From Cetorhinus maximus (Eukaryota): DNA of 64,000 bases. The first letter of the stretch is position 1. Each line of letters opens with the position of its first letter. Positions 25,125 to 37,949 of this stretch are shown here, one piece after another. The position numbers and the translations under genes are program-made. The notes beneath the pieces are model-generated. The model had not been told where the DNA came from and ran no database searches. It saw only the letters and a program-made list of their open reading frames with translations. The stretch spans positions 65,596,001-65,660,000 of the forward strand of contig NC_135893.1 in NCBI RefSeq assembly GCF_964194155.1, read 5' to 3'.

Positions 25125-25925
25125 CTGCTATTATGAATGTAGTTTTTATCCGTTAAGCCATTGATTTTTGTTGGTCTGTTAATGGTGGCTGTTTCCCACC
25201 TTTCCTGCGCTTCCGCACCATTTCTAGCCAGTGACTCCCTCCCGACGTGAAGAACAGCACCATTTTCTGCTCCTCTAATTTCTTCTGAGTCCCTGACGGC
25301 ACTTTCCATTGCGAGCATCAACTCCAGGGTTTTACTGAAATCTCAGACAGCAACCTTTTTGGAATGGCGCCTTCGTTAATTCCACGCTTTAATCGGTCTC
25401 TTAACATGTCATTAATAGATGTCCCGAACTCTCAGTGTTCTGTCAACTGTTTTAAGGCTGCTACATAGCAAGCGACTGTTTCTCCAGGGGCGCGGCACCT
25501 CGAATTGAATTTAAAACGCTGCGTTGTCACTGAGGGTTTCGGTTGAAAATGGCCTTTCATTAGATTCACCAACTCATCAAAGCTCTTGGAATCTGGGGCA
25601 TTGGGTGATGACAGACTGTGAATTAGGCCGCACGTCTTATTGCCACATGTCGACAAGAGGATTGCCCTCCTCTTCTCCTCCCCCGTTATGTCGTTGGCCA
25701 GAAAGAAAAACACGAGGCATTCAATATAATTTGTGACCAGTTATCGGTGGTCTGATCAAACGGTTTAATGCGGCCAAATTATGACATATTGGAGGGCGAT
25801 GGCTTCGATGACTATGGTGAGGGTTTACAATTGTATTGTACTTACAATCGGCTTGCAGGCATGGCTACATCAGTACTGTTGAGTTTTCACGGTTTTTCTT
25901 GGTGTCGTCAACTGACAGTGTTTTG

Positions 25926-25936
25926 CCTCGTCGCCA
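25926..25936 (-). promoter_or_regulatory. Primer binding site, probably tRNA-Ser(GCU)
   Basis: TGGCGACGAGG on the minus strand, 2 nt inside the 5' LTR; complementary to the ...CCUCGUCGCCA 3' end I recall for vertebrate tRNA-Ser(GCU). Confidence 0.8.
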
Positions 25937-25938
25937 GT

Positions 25939-26197
25939 TGTTATGTTTTGACTATGAATCGCTTTGCTCGCGAACCGGTTGCACGCTCATTTGTCGGCAG
26001 GCTAGTCTATTACAATATACACAGAGACCAACATGAAATGAAGCACAAACAACAGAACATTAACATGATGTGTGCTTCTCCAGCCAGACACTACTCTAGA
26101 CTAACATTCACTTGGTAGCTTGCACTACCCAGCTATTGGATCTTAAAGTCACGTGGTCATAGTCTCTTAAAGGTGTATTATGCTTCAGATTACCACA
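25939..26197 (-). repeat. Gypsy 5' LTR
   Basis: tgttatgttttgactatg...cagattaccaca; PBS adjacent. Confidence 0.93.
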
Positions 26198-26484
26198 GTA
26201 TAGGTCTCCTGAGTAAGCGGAGTACAGTTTCCATGTAATGAAGCTACATCTCAGTTTTTCCATGATGGATATGTATCTTAAATTATCACTGTTAATATCT
26301 CAATAACTATATAATGCAATCTACAATCTGTTAAAACATTCTTAGATGGTTGTTGTTGGTAGTTTCTGCCCATCCTTCTCTTTTCAGTTCACAGCTATTC
26401 ATTTGGATGCATCCATCTAAAAGAGAAATTAAGCAAACCAAATTGCGATTCATCAACTTTCCAGCATCAATCTGTTCAAAGGCA

Positions 26485-26870
26485 TTGTTTTTTTCATTCA
26501 TTCTGGGAATATAGGTCCGGTTAACAAGGTCAGCATTTATTGTTTATTCCTGCCCTTGAGAAAGTGGTGGTGAGCTGCAGTCCATGTGGTGAAGATGCTC
26601 TCACAATGCTGCTGGGTAGGGAGTAGTGGAATTTTGACCCAGTGATATAAAGGGATAAAGGAAAGGTGATAAATGTTCAAGTCAGGATGGTATGTGATTT
26701 GGTGGTGATGGGGTCCCCATGCATCTGCAGATCCTTGGCCTTCTCGATGATGGAGATCACAGGTTTGGAAGGTCCTGTCGAAAGAGTCTTGCTGCGGTGC
26801 AGCCAATAGCTAGGATACACTGTGGTGCAAGGAATGGATGTTTCAGGTGGTGGACTGTGTCAAGTTGAGG
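26485..26870 (-). mobile_element. 3' fragment of the 13191-16341 LINE family
   Basis: ttcattcattc..cagcatttattg..gcccttgagaa.gtggtggtgagctg..caggtttggaaggt. Confidence 0.7.
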
Positions 26871-28641
26871 CATACTAATATGGAGCAAACAGTTACAAAT
26901 GTTAATTTTCATGACCTTGCCTCCAAATAAGCGGTGGAATTCCCAATTCCCCAAATAAAAAGAACGGCCAGCACTCTCAGGCAACCCGGTGTCATTCCAA
27001 AGAAAATGGAAGTTTCTCCAAGGCTAGTGACTATATAGGTATATATTCATCATGGGATCTGGCAATGGTAACCAACAAGATTATGGTTCGTGTTGCAGTT
27101 TATTCATTCAGGTCTTCATACTATATTACAGCTATTTTCCTTGCATCTTGCGCATAATCACACCTCAGGAGAACAAGATGTAACATTCAATAAAAAAAAT
27201 GACATGCTCACATCTACCAAAAGTTTCAAGTTGCTGACACCCTGCAGATTGGGAAATGCTCCAATATGGTGATATTAGGCAGTAGAGTACCCAATATTGC
27301 TGTGCTAGTTGAGATTAACCCATAGAAATACAAATTAAGCTAAGTAATGGTTGTGCACCAGAGATGACAAGTAATGGGAGAGAAATTCGTTCGCATAGCA
27401 CCATTTCCATGCAAACAAATTATATAATCAAAAAAGGCCTCACAGGTAGCAGCCCACAGCACTGCCTCGGGAGAATCAAGATAAGTCTGCAATGTGAACA
27501 AATTACTGCCCCAATATGTCTGTTTGCACTTACCAAACAATTGATTTTAAAAAAGGCCAATAAATATTTTTAAAATAGCCGTCAGTTCTGTTATTTCATG
27601 CGATAGTATAACGTGATACACCAAGAAACAGAAGTACAATCATATAAGTGAAAAAAAAGATAATCCCAAATTTAAGATTATATGAAACAGAACAAGTTCA
27701 CAAGTCAAACAGAGAAAGAGGGGGAGCTGCTGAAAGTTGCTTCAGCTGAACTGGTAGATTTATAGAAAAGTCATTGTGTTTGTTCAGACCATTGAGAACT
27801 TTGCAAATCCAAATATCAGTGTTACTGAATGCATGGGTTTACTGTTTCAAAACAACAACAACAATAAGTATTTTTCTAGTTTTCTAATGATTACTGTGAA
27901 ATGAATTAGTGAACACTAAATAAACCATCCTTTCTTTTAATAATCCGCTGTATCAAAATATTAACAAAGTAAAACTTGCATTTATATAGCAATTTTCATG
28001 ATTACCCAATGCTCCAAAGTGTTTTACAGCCAATAAAGCACTTTTTGAAGTGTAGTCACTGTTGCAATGACAGTTAACAGTCTTGTTCTGGTCAAAACAC
28101 CACATTGTATTACCTAAGGGGTTAATCAATGTTTTTCATGCATTGTAGCTTCCAGTTTCTCTGCAGACATTCACAGGCTAACCACCAAATGAGGCCAGAA
28201 GGCACATTTTACTGTAGTGGACTCTCAAGCCACTTGTGCACTGGTTTCGACAAGGCAACAAAGCTGTTCCTGCTGCTCTGCGGAGCTCAAGTTGATGGGA
28301 AACAGTGACAGAGCTGTAGAAGTGAAACACCCAAGAGCTGAGAGGTGAGGGAGTGTTCCACACCCGAACTGCAGATCTTAGACCACAGTGTAGCCCTGGT
28401 GTTCTGCAGCTTGAGTCCTGAGTGCACAGCGGGCAGGTAAAATTACAAATTTAAGAAATTATGTGTCCTTCCTAGGATAATATGAGATCTACATTTTATT
28501 GCTTGTAAATTTTACTAACTGCATTGTGTTGTGACTTTAACATTCCATGGAACAATAAATTCAACAGCATGGGGTTTTGGAGAGACTAAATCTGAGGAAA
28601 CTCAGAAGCAATTAACTCTTGGTTCACTTGGTGCAGTAAAT

Positions 28642-30036
28642 CGGCCCAGACATGTTCAACTCACTAATTTGCTAACACTTACTGTGTCAAACTAATCTCG
28701 ATGGTTGAAAAAAGGTAATGGGCCATAACTTGCAAGCTCCCCAGTATCGTATTGGGGGTACCCCAAAGGTGCACGGGCAGGTACCCCAAAGATGCACTTG
28801 GGAAATCCCCTTCAGAAGTTCCCAGGTAAAGTTTGCACGCCAACGCCCAGAAGTCCAAATTTCCCATGGGCAAATGTCCTGCACTGGGAACCATCCAAAA
28901 ATGCGATTTAAATCGCAAACTTCAGATGGTTCCACTGGGTTACATGAATTGTTAACCAGAATAAGTTAGAAAGAATAAAACCACTTCTTACTTCTGGGTA
29001 ACTATTGTACAGACCCACTGGACACTCCGACCATCTCCCTACCCCTCTGGACTACCCCTACAGCCCCCTACAACTGGCCAGGGGTCTACCCCATCCCCCC
29101 CTGACCCACCAGGGGTCTACTGCCATCCCCCAAAAACCCCCAACAGGGGCCTCCCCCAAACCCCCCAAGGTTCTCCCTCGCCTCCCTCGCACCCACCCCT
29201 GCCCACCTCTGCCCCCACCCCCCCCCCCCACTCCCCCCCCCCCCCCCTACCCCTCCCCCCACCCCACGGTCTCCACCCACCCCTCAGGACTACAACCCCT
29301 GACAGGGAGTCCCCAACTCATGGGGACTCTTCCACCCCATCGCCCACCACTGCCAGGCCCGACTCTCACCCTCATCACATCACCACACCCCGAACCCTGA
29401 CCCCTTCCGACCAGCCCCCAAAGCCCAACCCAATCCCCAACCTCCCCAATCTCTGCCACCCTCCCGTCAAGGTCCGACCTGACCCGCAACTTCCTCCCTC
29501 CGACCCCACCTCCAACCACCCACCACCTCCGAACCCCTGACCAACCCACACCTCTGACACCCCCCCCCCAACCTCCAACCAAACCACCGACCTCTGACCA
29601 ACCCCCCTAAGCTCCGACCCTTGACAACTACCCCCGACCTCCGACCACTACACCTGCCACTTTCCACCCCGGCCTCCAATCCAGTCGCTGACCTCCGATT
29701 ACCCCCCACCCCGACCTCAAATTCTAGCCCCCCACGACACCCCTCCCACTCCTCCAAATCCTATCCAATTACCTTAGACACTTACCTTCCCCCTGACAGG
29801 TCAAGGACCTTGAAACTTCAACGGACCTTTAACTTAACTGATTTAGGCAGCTAGTGTTGTAAAAAAAGGGGATATGGCCTCCTTCGCTTTGACTCAGCTG
29901 CACTTTGACACTAGGCCTCGGGAATGCGGTCTAAGTCGGAAGGTCAGGTGTAATAGGTTCAAAAAAAATTAAGGTAAGAAATTGGGCACAGCGTGGCAAT
30001 CAGACGTTGATTGTCACTCCAAGGAAGTTCAGGCCC
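28642..30036. mobile_element. Non-autonomous Harbinger-like element, family C, with a C-rich core
   Basis: Right end ggaagttcaggccc|aat; possible left AAT|cggccc. Subterminal blocks match 62590-62700 and 63130-63346. Confidence 0.6.
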
Positions 30037-30374
30037 AATATTTCAAATCTAGGTTTTGTGTTGTCATCAAATTTTTTAAAATGCTAAAATCCTAGATAAA
30101 ATAAATTAGTATGTAGTGTAACTGATAAAAAAGATTTGCTTCATAACTCGGTCGCATGAATTTACTGATGCCAGCGCCCAGACCACAGATAATGTCTCGG
30201 CTTCAAATTGGCTACTGGCTGAAATACTTTGAAACGATAAATTATTAGACTCTGTAAGCAAAATCTACAAGATGATTTGGTCTGTTGGAAATTGGTCACA
30301 ATAAAGCCATGCCATTTTGCAGGTGACAATGAGATTTGCAAGTTTAAAGAATAAGTGCAAATCAAAATGCATGA

Positions 30375-30870
30375 ATTATAGAATCATAGGTTCATACAGC
30401 ACAGAAAGAGACCATTTAGTCCTTTGTGTCTGTGCTGACTCTCTGAAACAGTTATCTAATCAGTCCCACTCCCCTGCCCTTGCCACATGGCTCTACAAAT
30501 TTTTCAATTTCAAGTGTTTATCCAATTCCCTTTTGAAAGTTACTATTAAATCTACTTCAATGATCTTATCAGGCAGTGCAATAAAGAGCATAACAATTCG
30601 CTGTTAAAAAAAATTTCTCTTCATTTCCTCCATGGATTTTTTGACAATTACATTAAATTACGTTAAATCTGTGTCTTTGGTTACTGACCCTCCTGCCGGC
30701 GGAAAAAATTCTCCGGTGGCTACCCTATCAAGACCGCTTATAATTTTGGACATCTCTGTTAAATCTCCCATTAACCTTTCACGGCTCTGAGAGCAATCCA
30801 AGTTTCTCTTGTTTCTCCACTTAAGTGAAGTCTCTCATCCCCGATACCATGCTGCATCTTCTCAAGGCCT
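30375..30870 (-). mobile_element. CR1 3' end
   Basis: atagaatcatagg.tcatacagcacagaaagag.ccatt...ttatccaattcccttttgaaag...aaatctccccattaacctt. Confidence 0.75.
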
Positions 30871-31012
30871 TGAACCAAGAATCCTCATGAAGCCATAAGC
30901 TATGATGGTTATGGAAGAAGTGAATGGGCTTAAAAAAGACCAGGGTTCCAATGCAATTTGGTATATAATATTTCTGATACTTAGACCTCCTTTTGCTGTG
31001 CTTTGACACAAA

Positions 31013-31751
31013 AGCTTAAATTTAATGCTCTCCCCGAGGCGAATTTTGTATCAGGAGGTCATTTAATCGGGATGAAGGATGGTGGGTGAAGCCCTGTCGC
31101 CCTCCCACCTCTGCCCTGATTAAGTTCGTGGTGGGAAGGCTCGTGGATGGCCTTCCCATCCCACTACCAATTGAGGCCCTTAAGTGGGCAATTAGTGCCC
31201 ACTTAAGGGTTTCATCCAGCTGCTGCTTGCATTCACCAGCAGCCAGTGAGGGATTCGCCATGCGGGAAGCAAACCCTGGCTGATGTTGCTTGCAAGTTTC
31301 TGGATGGTGGGAGGTAGGTCCCTCATTCAAAGACACTCAGTGCCTGATTGAGGAACCTAGCATCAGGAAAGGAGGGCCAACTGAGAGAACCCCTCTGCCC
31401 TTGCTACCGACCCCCTACCAGCCCTCTCGACCTCCACCAAGCAATACTGCTCCTGCCATCACTTATTTGTGGCCAGGGTCCCTCTGCAATCCTGGGCCTT
31501 GGTGGGTGCACTACCAGCAGCAGCCACTGCTGCCCTGGTGGCACTACTGAGCAATGAAGAGCTGCCGATCTCTGACTGGTCGACAGTTCTCAGCAGGCAG
31601 GATTTCCACCCCTGGGGAAGGCCCAATATTGCACAGTTAAGAGCTTGATTGGTGCTTAGTATGGCCAGCCTTCCCAATAAAAGGCCGTGTGGGACTCTCG
31701 CTAGCTCGTGGACGAGATCAAGATCCCAGTAGCCTACGTTAAATTCTGCCC
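31013..31751. mobile_element. Harbinger-type MITE, family B
   Basis: Right TIR cgttaaattctgccc; degraded left TIR; internal homology to 2431-3174. Confidence 0.75.
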
Positions 31752-32404
31752 AAAGAGTAACTAAGAGTTGGATTCAGCCTCAGGGGAGGCCCGTAGCAAA
31801 AATTTGGCTGTCATTTAAGAGACAAATACATACTATAATGGGAAGACCAATTGCTTTCTGGATGGATGAGCTAAAATGGAGCATCAATCTCTATCTTGTC
31901 ATCTTGTCTTGTGAAATGCCATCTGTCATACCCACAAAATAAAATCTGCACATTTTATAGCACATTAATGCCTGCACCAATCCAATGCTTTTTGGGACGT
32001 ATTGGAGTGCTGATCATTATTTCTGATCAATCACTGCATAATTCTGGCCAAATCCTTCATCCAACCTCAAAGTCTAAAAGACTTCTGTGAAGATAAATTC
32101 TTCACAATAATAAAACAAAAAGAACAGCTTGCATATCAAACACTATCAAATTCTATGCAATGACAGTTGTGCTGTAATGCAAACTTGCTTATTTGCCTAT
32201 TAAAATTACCGAGTTATTCCATGGTCATGAACTCAGGGCTCAGATAAGTGACAAATTGTACTAAGTTACAGCATATACAAGAGTGAAGCTGATGTCCAGA
32301 ATGCTTGTTGAAGCCCAGGGAAAGCATGAAGAAAGATAGAACTTATAATTCTTGCACAGAAGGTGAGCACATTCAAGGGAATCTGTGAACAGAATATTAT
32401 ATCG

Positions 32405-32560
32405 AACTTACAGTACAGAAACAGGCCATTAAGCCCAACATGTGCAAACTGGTGCTCCACATGAGCTCTTTCCACCCCTCTTCATCTAACCCTAGGAGTC
32501 TAATTTTTCTATTCCTTTCACCCTCCATCTGTTTATCTCGCTTCCACTTAAACGTATTAT
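32405..32560 (-). mobile_element. CR1 3' UTR fragment
   Basis: ttacagtacagaaacaggccatt.agcccaac...tctattcctttc.ccctc. Confidence 0.6.
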
Positions 32561-32823
32561 TAAGAAAGCTGAACTTTATAAGACGATTAGGTTTTAAAGT
32601 GTCCTTTTAACTTAGCGTAAAACAGAAAGCTCTGCAAAGGAGGTGTAGTGAATTCCTGGTAAACAGCTCAGTTCTAATAAATACCCATGGGGAAAGAAAC
32701 TCAGATAGAAATCTATTGAGGTGTTAAGTGGCAGTTTTAGCACCTCTCTCAGGGGCACACAGGACAAAATAAAAGCTGCTGCTGAGACAAAAAGCTGCTG
32801 CGGGGACAAGCAGGGAAAACATG

Positions 32824-33437
32824 GGGAAAAATTTTCCCTCTGTTGGAGGGGGAAGTGCGGGAGCAGGCGTGCCTCTGATCAGCGCCCCCAATTGGGGACA
32901 CGCCATCATTTTACATGGGCAGGCCAAGCTATGCGCTCCATGCAGGTGGGGGGGGATTACCTCAGCTGGGAATGTGCTCTTTCGCACGCGAAAGAGTGCA
33001 CAGATCTCCCTGAGTCTAAGTGCTGCCTCAGGACCATCGGCTTGAAATTAAAATTTGTAATACAAATAATAAAAAAAATTCCCTGGCATGTCCCATGTGA
33101 CACTGTCACATGAGTTGGGACATGTCCATAACTTTTACTGAAACCTTTAAATATAAATTTAAATACCCTCACGAAACCTCATCCCGCCCGTGGATGAGGT
33201 TTCATCCTTTTTCCAAAGCCCTTAAGGTTGGGTGGGCAGGTCCATTAATGATCTTAATTAGTTTTTCAATGGCCTCAATAGGCCGTTGACAGGTCGGAGG
33301 GTGCACAGCTGACTTGGCTGCGCCCCCGCCGACCTGAAAATGGAAATGACACGGGGTGTCGTCGGGAGTTCCACCCGACGTCATCCCACGTTGGCGAGCA
33401 GGCCCTGCCCCTGCTCGCCAACCGGGAGATCCTACCC
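32824..33437 (+). mobile_element. Harbinger-type MITE, family A
   Basis: TIRs gggaaaattttcc / ggagatcctaccc with an ATG TSD. Confidence 0.88.
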
Positions 33438-35499
33438 ATGGTGAGCCTTGCTGGTGATAGTCGGATGAGAAATTTCAGGCAGAGTGTAATGACTGTCGAA
33501 GGATGCTGGAATTTTGGCTTGGCATGGTGGGATGAGGTGAACCTCTGCTGGAGAGCTGGGGGTGACTTTGAAACTGTCCCTTTAATGCTACATATCTGCC
33601 AGAAGCATGGCATAGAGTAAAAGCATTTCGTAAGCCATATGTGGAGTTGGTCAGTCAAGACGGAATTTATCTATTTCTTTAGTTTTATGTATCAGTCGCC
33701 TGTAAATTAATGTTTTATCTTTGTTGACTAATTTTTCTATTACAGCAAAAGTCCTAAAATGTGAAATCTTGTCCTTCGGATATTTCCATTGGTCTTTTGG
33801 GAAATCCATCTCTTTTAAAAAGTTTTCGGTCTCTAAGGGGACCATAATAGCATCAACGCTATTCCCCTCAACAACTCCACTGTGGTAACAAGTTCCACAT
33901 TCAGTTCTTCTTAAGGATGAAGAATTCAATAATGCTTAACTTTGTTGACTTACCATTGATGCAAAGTTCAACATTCTAACCAGAGGACATATGCCAGACA
34001 CTTGCTGCATACAATATTAATCTGTTTGACTATGTAAGACAGGCAATGATGTCCAAAGTGTATAACAACAGGTCACCTAGTTATAAAAGCATCATATACT
34101 GTTGGCTCTAAATGTGTTTTTGGTTCGTAATTGAGGATAGTTTTACAAGTATGCATTGGCAGCTTGTAACCTCATCTGCAAACATACATCTCAGAAAATC
34201 GCCTCCATATGTACAAACAGAACAGAACTACAAAGGTAAATGAGAGGCATCCTCCTTCACAGCCCACAGTGCAAAATGCATTTATTTGCTATTTTCTCTC
34301 TAACCCCATACCAAGATGGAGTTACTGTTCTACTCCAATTGTGCCAGGAAGCTAGTAACATACTATGCAATGTCCTTACTCAATGAAGGAGCCATCCAGC
34401 AAATAATCTCACGTCAGCTATTTCACACTTTATCATGTCTAAATTTCATCATATAATCTGATTTATTCCGAAATCAGACAGTGGCAAGATCAGCCAACAT
34501 AGACTGGCAGCAGTCAAACTGGGCAACGCGATCAGTGTCTATTTCATTTGTCAGCACTTATTGATCAAGATAAAACAGAGTTTCAGACATCAACCTGTTG
34601 CCTTGTTATCACCATCATCAGGCATTACCAATGAGATGCATAATATCAGGCAGTTTCTAAAATGGGTGTTTAATACTTACAATTTTAATAATCAGTAACC
34701 TTTAAATTGAGAAGGCAATCAGTATAAGTAAACAGGGTAATCAAGAGTTAAGTCCACATGTTGGGACTATCCCACTCATCTTAACAGCAATACAATAAAG
34801 CTTTAAACTCCATATATACAGTTTGATTTCCATTTTAAAAAATTACTACAGCAAAACAGTAGGCCTGCCTATCATCAAATACTAAGTTAATTAAATTGTG
34901 TAAGCCAGAGAAAGCGCCAGAGATCCATCATTCACTCATTGATCACTTTGGTTATTGCTCTGCACATATGACTTTCAACAAAAAAAATGATAAAACTGGG
35001 CACATGTGCTTCTGTAACCAGTTCTGCACTGCACATTCAATAAAATTAAAGAAAATAAACAGCACCAAGTTAAAAAAAACACTGTGGAAGCCAAGATACT
35101 TATTTAATTACGGTACATTCTAATGGAGAAAAACATTTCTTCAGGATATAGTCCAAATGCTAATTTTTCCACGTTGGAAACTAGAGCATTCAGGACTGTT
35201 CAAAAAGAACAAATTATGGAGCCTTTTACGTTTTTCAATTGAAATAAACTTTTCTGAAGTGAGTAGCAAAGTTTTGTACAGTTAAAAAGCTGTCAGCTTG
35301 AATGTGAAGTAACAGATGGCTAACGTTGTGTTACATGGCCACAATCACCTCAGGGATTATGATGATGCCATATGACAATGAAGGTCAAGTTCTTTCCAAA
35401 AATCATGCAGATTTGATGTTGAATTGTGGTTTCTCGTGCTTTGAGGAGAGGCAAGCAAGCTGCTCCTGGACTTCGTCAATTTATCTTTGCATTAACAGG

Positions 35500-36185
35500 C
35501 ACTGAAGGTGGTGCAAAAAAGATATACAAGGACGATACTAGAACTGAGAGGCTATAAGTATCTGGGAAGACCGAGCAGGTTGAGGCTCTTCTTCAGAAAA
35601 GACAAGCTTGAGGTGCGGCCTAACAGAGATCTTTAAAATTATGAAAGGGTTTGGTAGCATTTACATGGATGTTTCTACTTTTGGAGGAAATCCATAACTG
35701 ACGGATATAAATTAATGATAATAAATCCAGGAAAAACTGTTTTATGTTGAGGGTGGTTAGAATATGAAACTTGCAACCACAGAATTTACTAAAGCATAGA
35801 AAGAGGCTACTCAGCCCATCAACTCTATGTTGGCTCTTTCACAGACAATCCAGTTAGTTCCACTTCCCAACTCTTCTCCCATACCCTACATTTTATTTTC
35901 CTTGAAGCAATTATCCAATTCAGTTTTGAAAGCTACCACTGAATCTGTTTCCACCATCCCATCAGGCAATGCATTGCAAAGCACTCAGTGCGTAGAAGTG
36001 TTTTTTTTAAAACAGAGTTAATGAGGTGAATACCATGAATGCATTTTAAGGGAAGTTAGACAAGTACACAAGAGAGAAAGGAGGAGGAGGATATGCTGAC
36101 AGGGCTAGAAGTAGTAAGGTGGGAGATGAACCAGATTGGCTGAATGACTTGTCTCTGTGCTGTAAATTCAATGTAATTATATGCA
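35500..36185 (+). mobile_element. CR1 3' fragment with a nested antisense CR1 tail (~35790-35990)
   Basis: gaaggtggtgcaaaaaagat.tacaagga...tttaaaattatgaaagggttt...gggaagttagacaagtac..gagagaaagga...tctgtgctgtaaattc. Confidence 0.7.
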
Positions 36186-36324
36186 AGAAAGTAAAGACGC
36201 TGAAATTAAACATCATCAAAGATCTGATTAGGAAAACATAACCTTGAAGAAATGAAAATAAATGTTTTATTGTAGGCTGCTACTGTGGACAAATTGGTGT
36301 ATTTAAAAATATTTCTTTTCTCAT

Positions 36325-36605
36325 TAGTAAAGAAAGCACTTGCATTTAAATGAGGTGAATACCATGAATGTATTTTAGGGGAAGTTAGACAAGTACATAA
36401 GAGAGAAAGGAGGAGAAGGATGTGCTGACAGGGCTAGAAGTAGTAAGGTGGCACCGCCAATTTTGACAGCACCGCCGTCAATTCAGGGCTCAGTATAGCA
36501 CTGGAATGTCAACCTAGATCATGTGCTCAAGTGCCTGGAGTGGCATTGAACACCTGAGCTTCCAACTCAAGTGAGAGAGTGATATTACTGAACCAAGCTG
36601 ACACT
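36325..36605 (-). mobile_element. Deu-domain SINE whose middle is replaced by a local templated duplication
   Basis: SINE tail aagaaagcacttgcattt and head ctcagtatagcactggaatgtcaacctagat...ccaagctgacac flank a copy of 36020-36122. Confidence 0.65.
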
Positions 36606-36999
36606 AATATGCTTATTTATTTTTCATGACTTTCACTATTTCATCACAATTCTTGTGAGTTTCATAAACTATTACTGTATTGTCTTGAATATGTGCCTTT
36701 TTAAAGCAAAAAAAAATATTCAGGGGTGAGCTATATGAAAATCAATCTAGCGTGCCTTTCTTTTCCTCAATATTCACTAAATGCACTGTTGAAATGTAAT
36801 GGCCCAAAAGATTTTATGGGTATTTGTATGGTCTCTTGCTCTAACTCTGGGTGAGATCGTTGAGATCCGAAAGAAATCATAGAGTCATGGCAGGAACTAA
36901 GAGAAACCCCCACCCCGGCCCATCGAATGAAATTTCAGGGCTATTATTTGTAGTTGAAGATAAAACTTATTAGTTTTTCTCTTGCTTCCAATCCTAGAA

Positions 37000-37382
37000 T
37001 GTCCCAGAACACTTTACAGCTAATGCATTTTAAATGTAGTCACTGTTTTTAATGTAGGAAACACATGAGCCAATTTGTGTAAACTCCCGCAAACAGCAAT
37101 AAGATCAGTGACTAGTTAATATGCTTTAGTCAAGTCGGTTGAGGAGCAAATATTAGCCTGAACACCAGGGAATACCTTCCTCCGCTTCTTTGAATAGTGC
37201 TATGTCCACTCGAAAGGCGGACAGGGTTTTGTTTAACGTCTCACTCACAACTTGGCACTGCCAACACTCCCTCAGTATTGTACTGAAGTGTCACCCTAGA
37301 TTTTGTGCTTAAGTCTATGGAGTAGGGCTCCAGAGAACCCCTTTTGATTCAGGCCTGCCATCATTGAGCCACAGCTGACACT
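37000..37382 (-). mobile_element. Deu-domain SINE
   Basis: cactttacagc..tgtagtcactgtt...cttctttgaatagtgc...ctccctcagta.tg.actgaagtgtca...tgagccacagctgacac. Confidence 0.75.
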
Positions 37383-37949
37383 GGGAATAAATAGATTATT
37401 GGTAGTCCAAATGATCCAATATGTAGGTAGCTGTGTGGGAGTTCACCAACCATCTTAAAAGAAAGACTAATGGAAAAATCATCCTAATTTCAACTAACAT
37501 GCTCACTCAGTATTTATACATTTAATTATTAGAGTCTTATTTAGGCACATAGACAACCGAAATCAGCTGAATGCCTTAAGACTGTAATCAATTTTGAAAT
37601 GCCCTAAAGGGAGAAAGGTTAAAGATGTGCAGTGCAATTATAATAACCACATGTCAGCAGGAGATGGAGCCCTTTTAGGAACCCCGGCTAGAGCAATCAG
37701 ACAGTAGAGAAATAGACTATCATGTCTGCAAACCATCAAACTATCAAGTGATTTGTCACTCAAGTACAGAGAAAGAGAAACACACTGATGTAATGCAGCC
37801 CAATGGCAACAAGTATTGACTAATGACCCGCAAAATATACTTCATGACTTTGCACAATGTGTTTTTCTGAACTAGGCACCTGAATAAAATTTAAAGGAGC
37901 TCCGTCACTGGAGGAATTCTGCATTATGAGACACTCAGGGATAGAAAAT

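Larger units (their letters stand above)
24850..25787 (-). pseudogene. Gypsy gag, decayed
   Basis: MS*FGRIKPFD start; FFLANDITGEEKRRAILLSTCG...QRFKFNSRCRAPGETVACYVAALKQLTEH; zinc-knuckle remnant CSYCHRNGHIMRY near 24930-24970. Confidence 0.85.
21771..26197 (-). mobile_element. Full-length decayed Gypsy (Ty3) LTR retrotransposon, probably Mag-like
   Basis: Two TG...CA LTRs, 5-bp TSD GTATA (21766-21770 and 26198-26202), PBS, PPT, and domain order gag-PR-RT-RH-IN on the minus strand. Confidence 0.95.
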
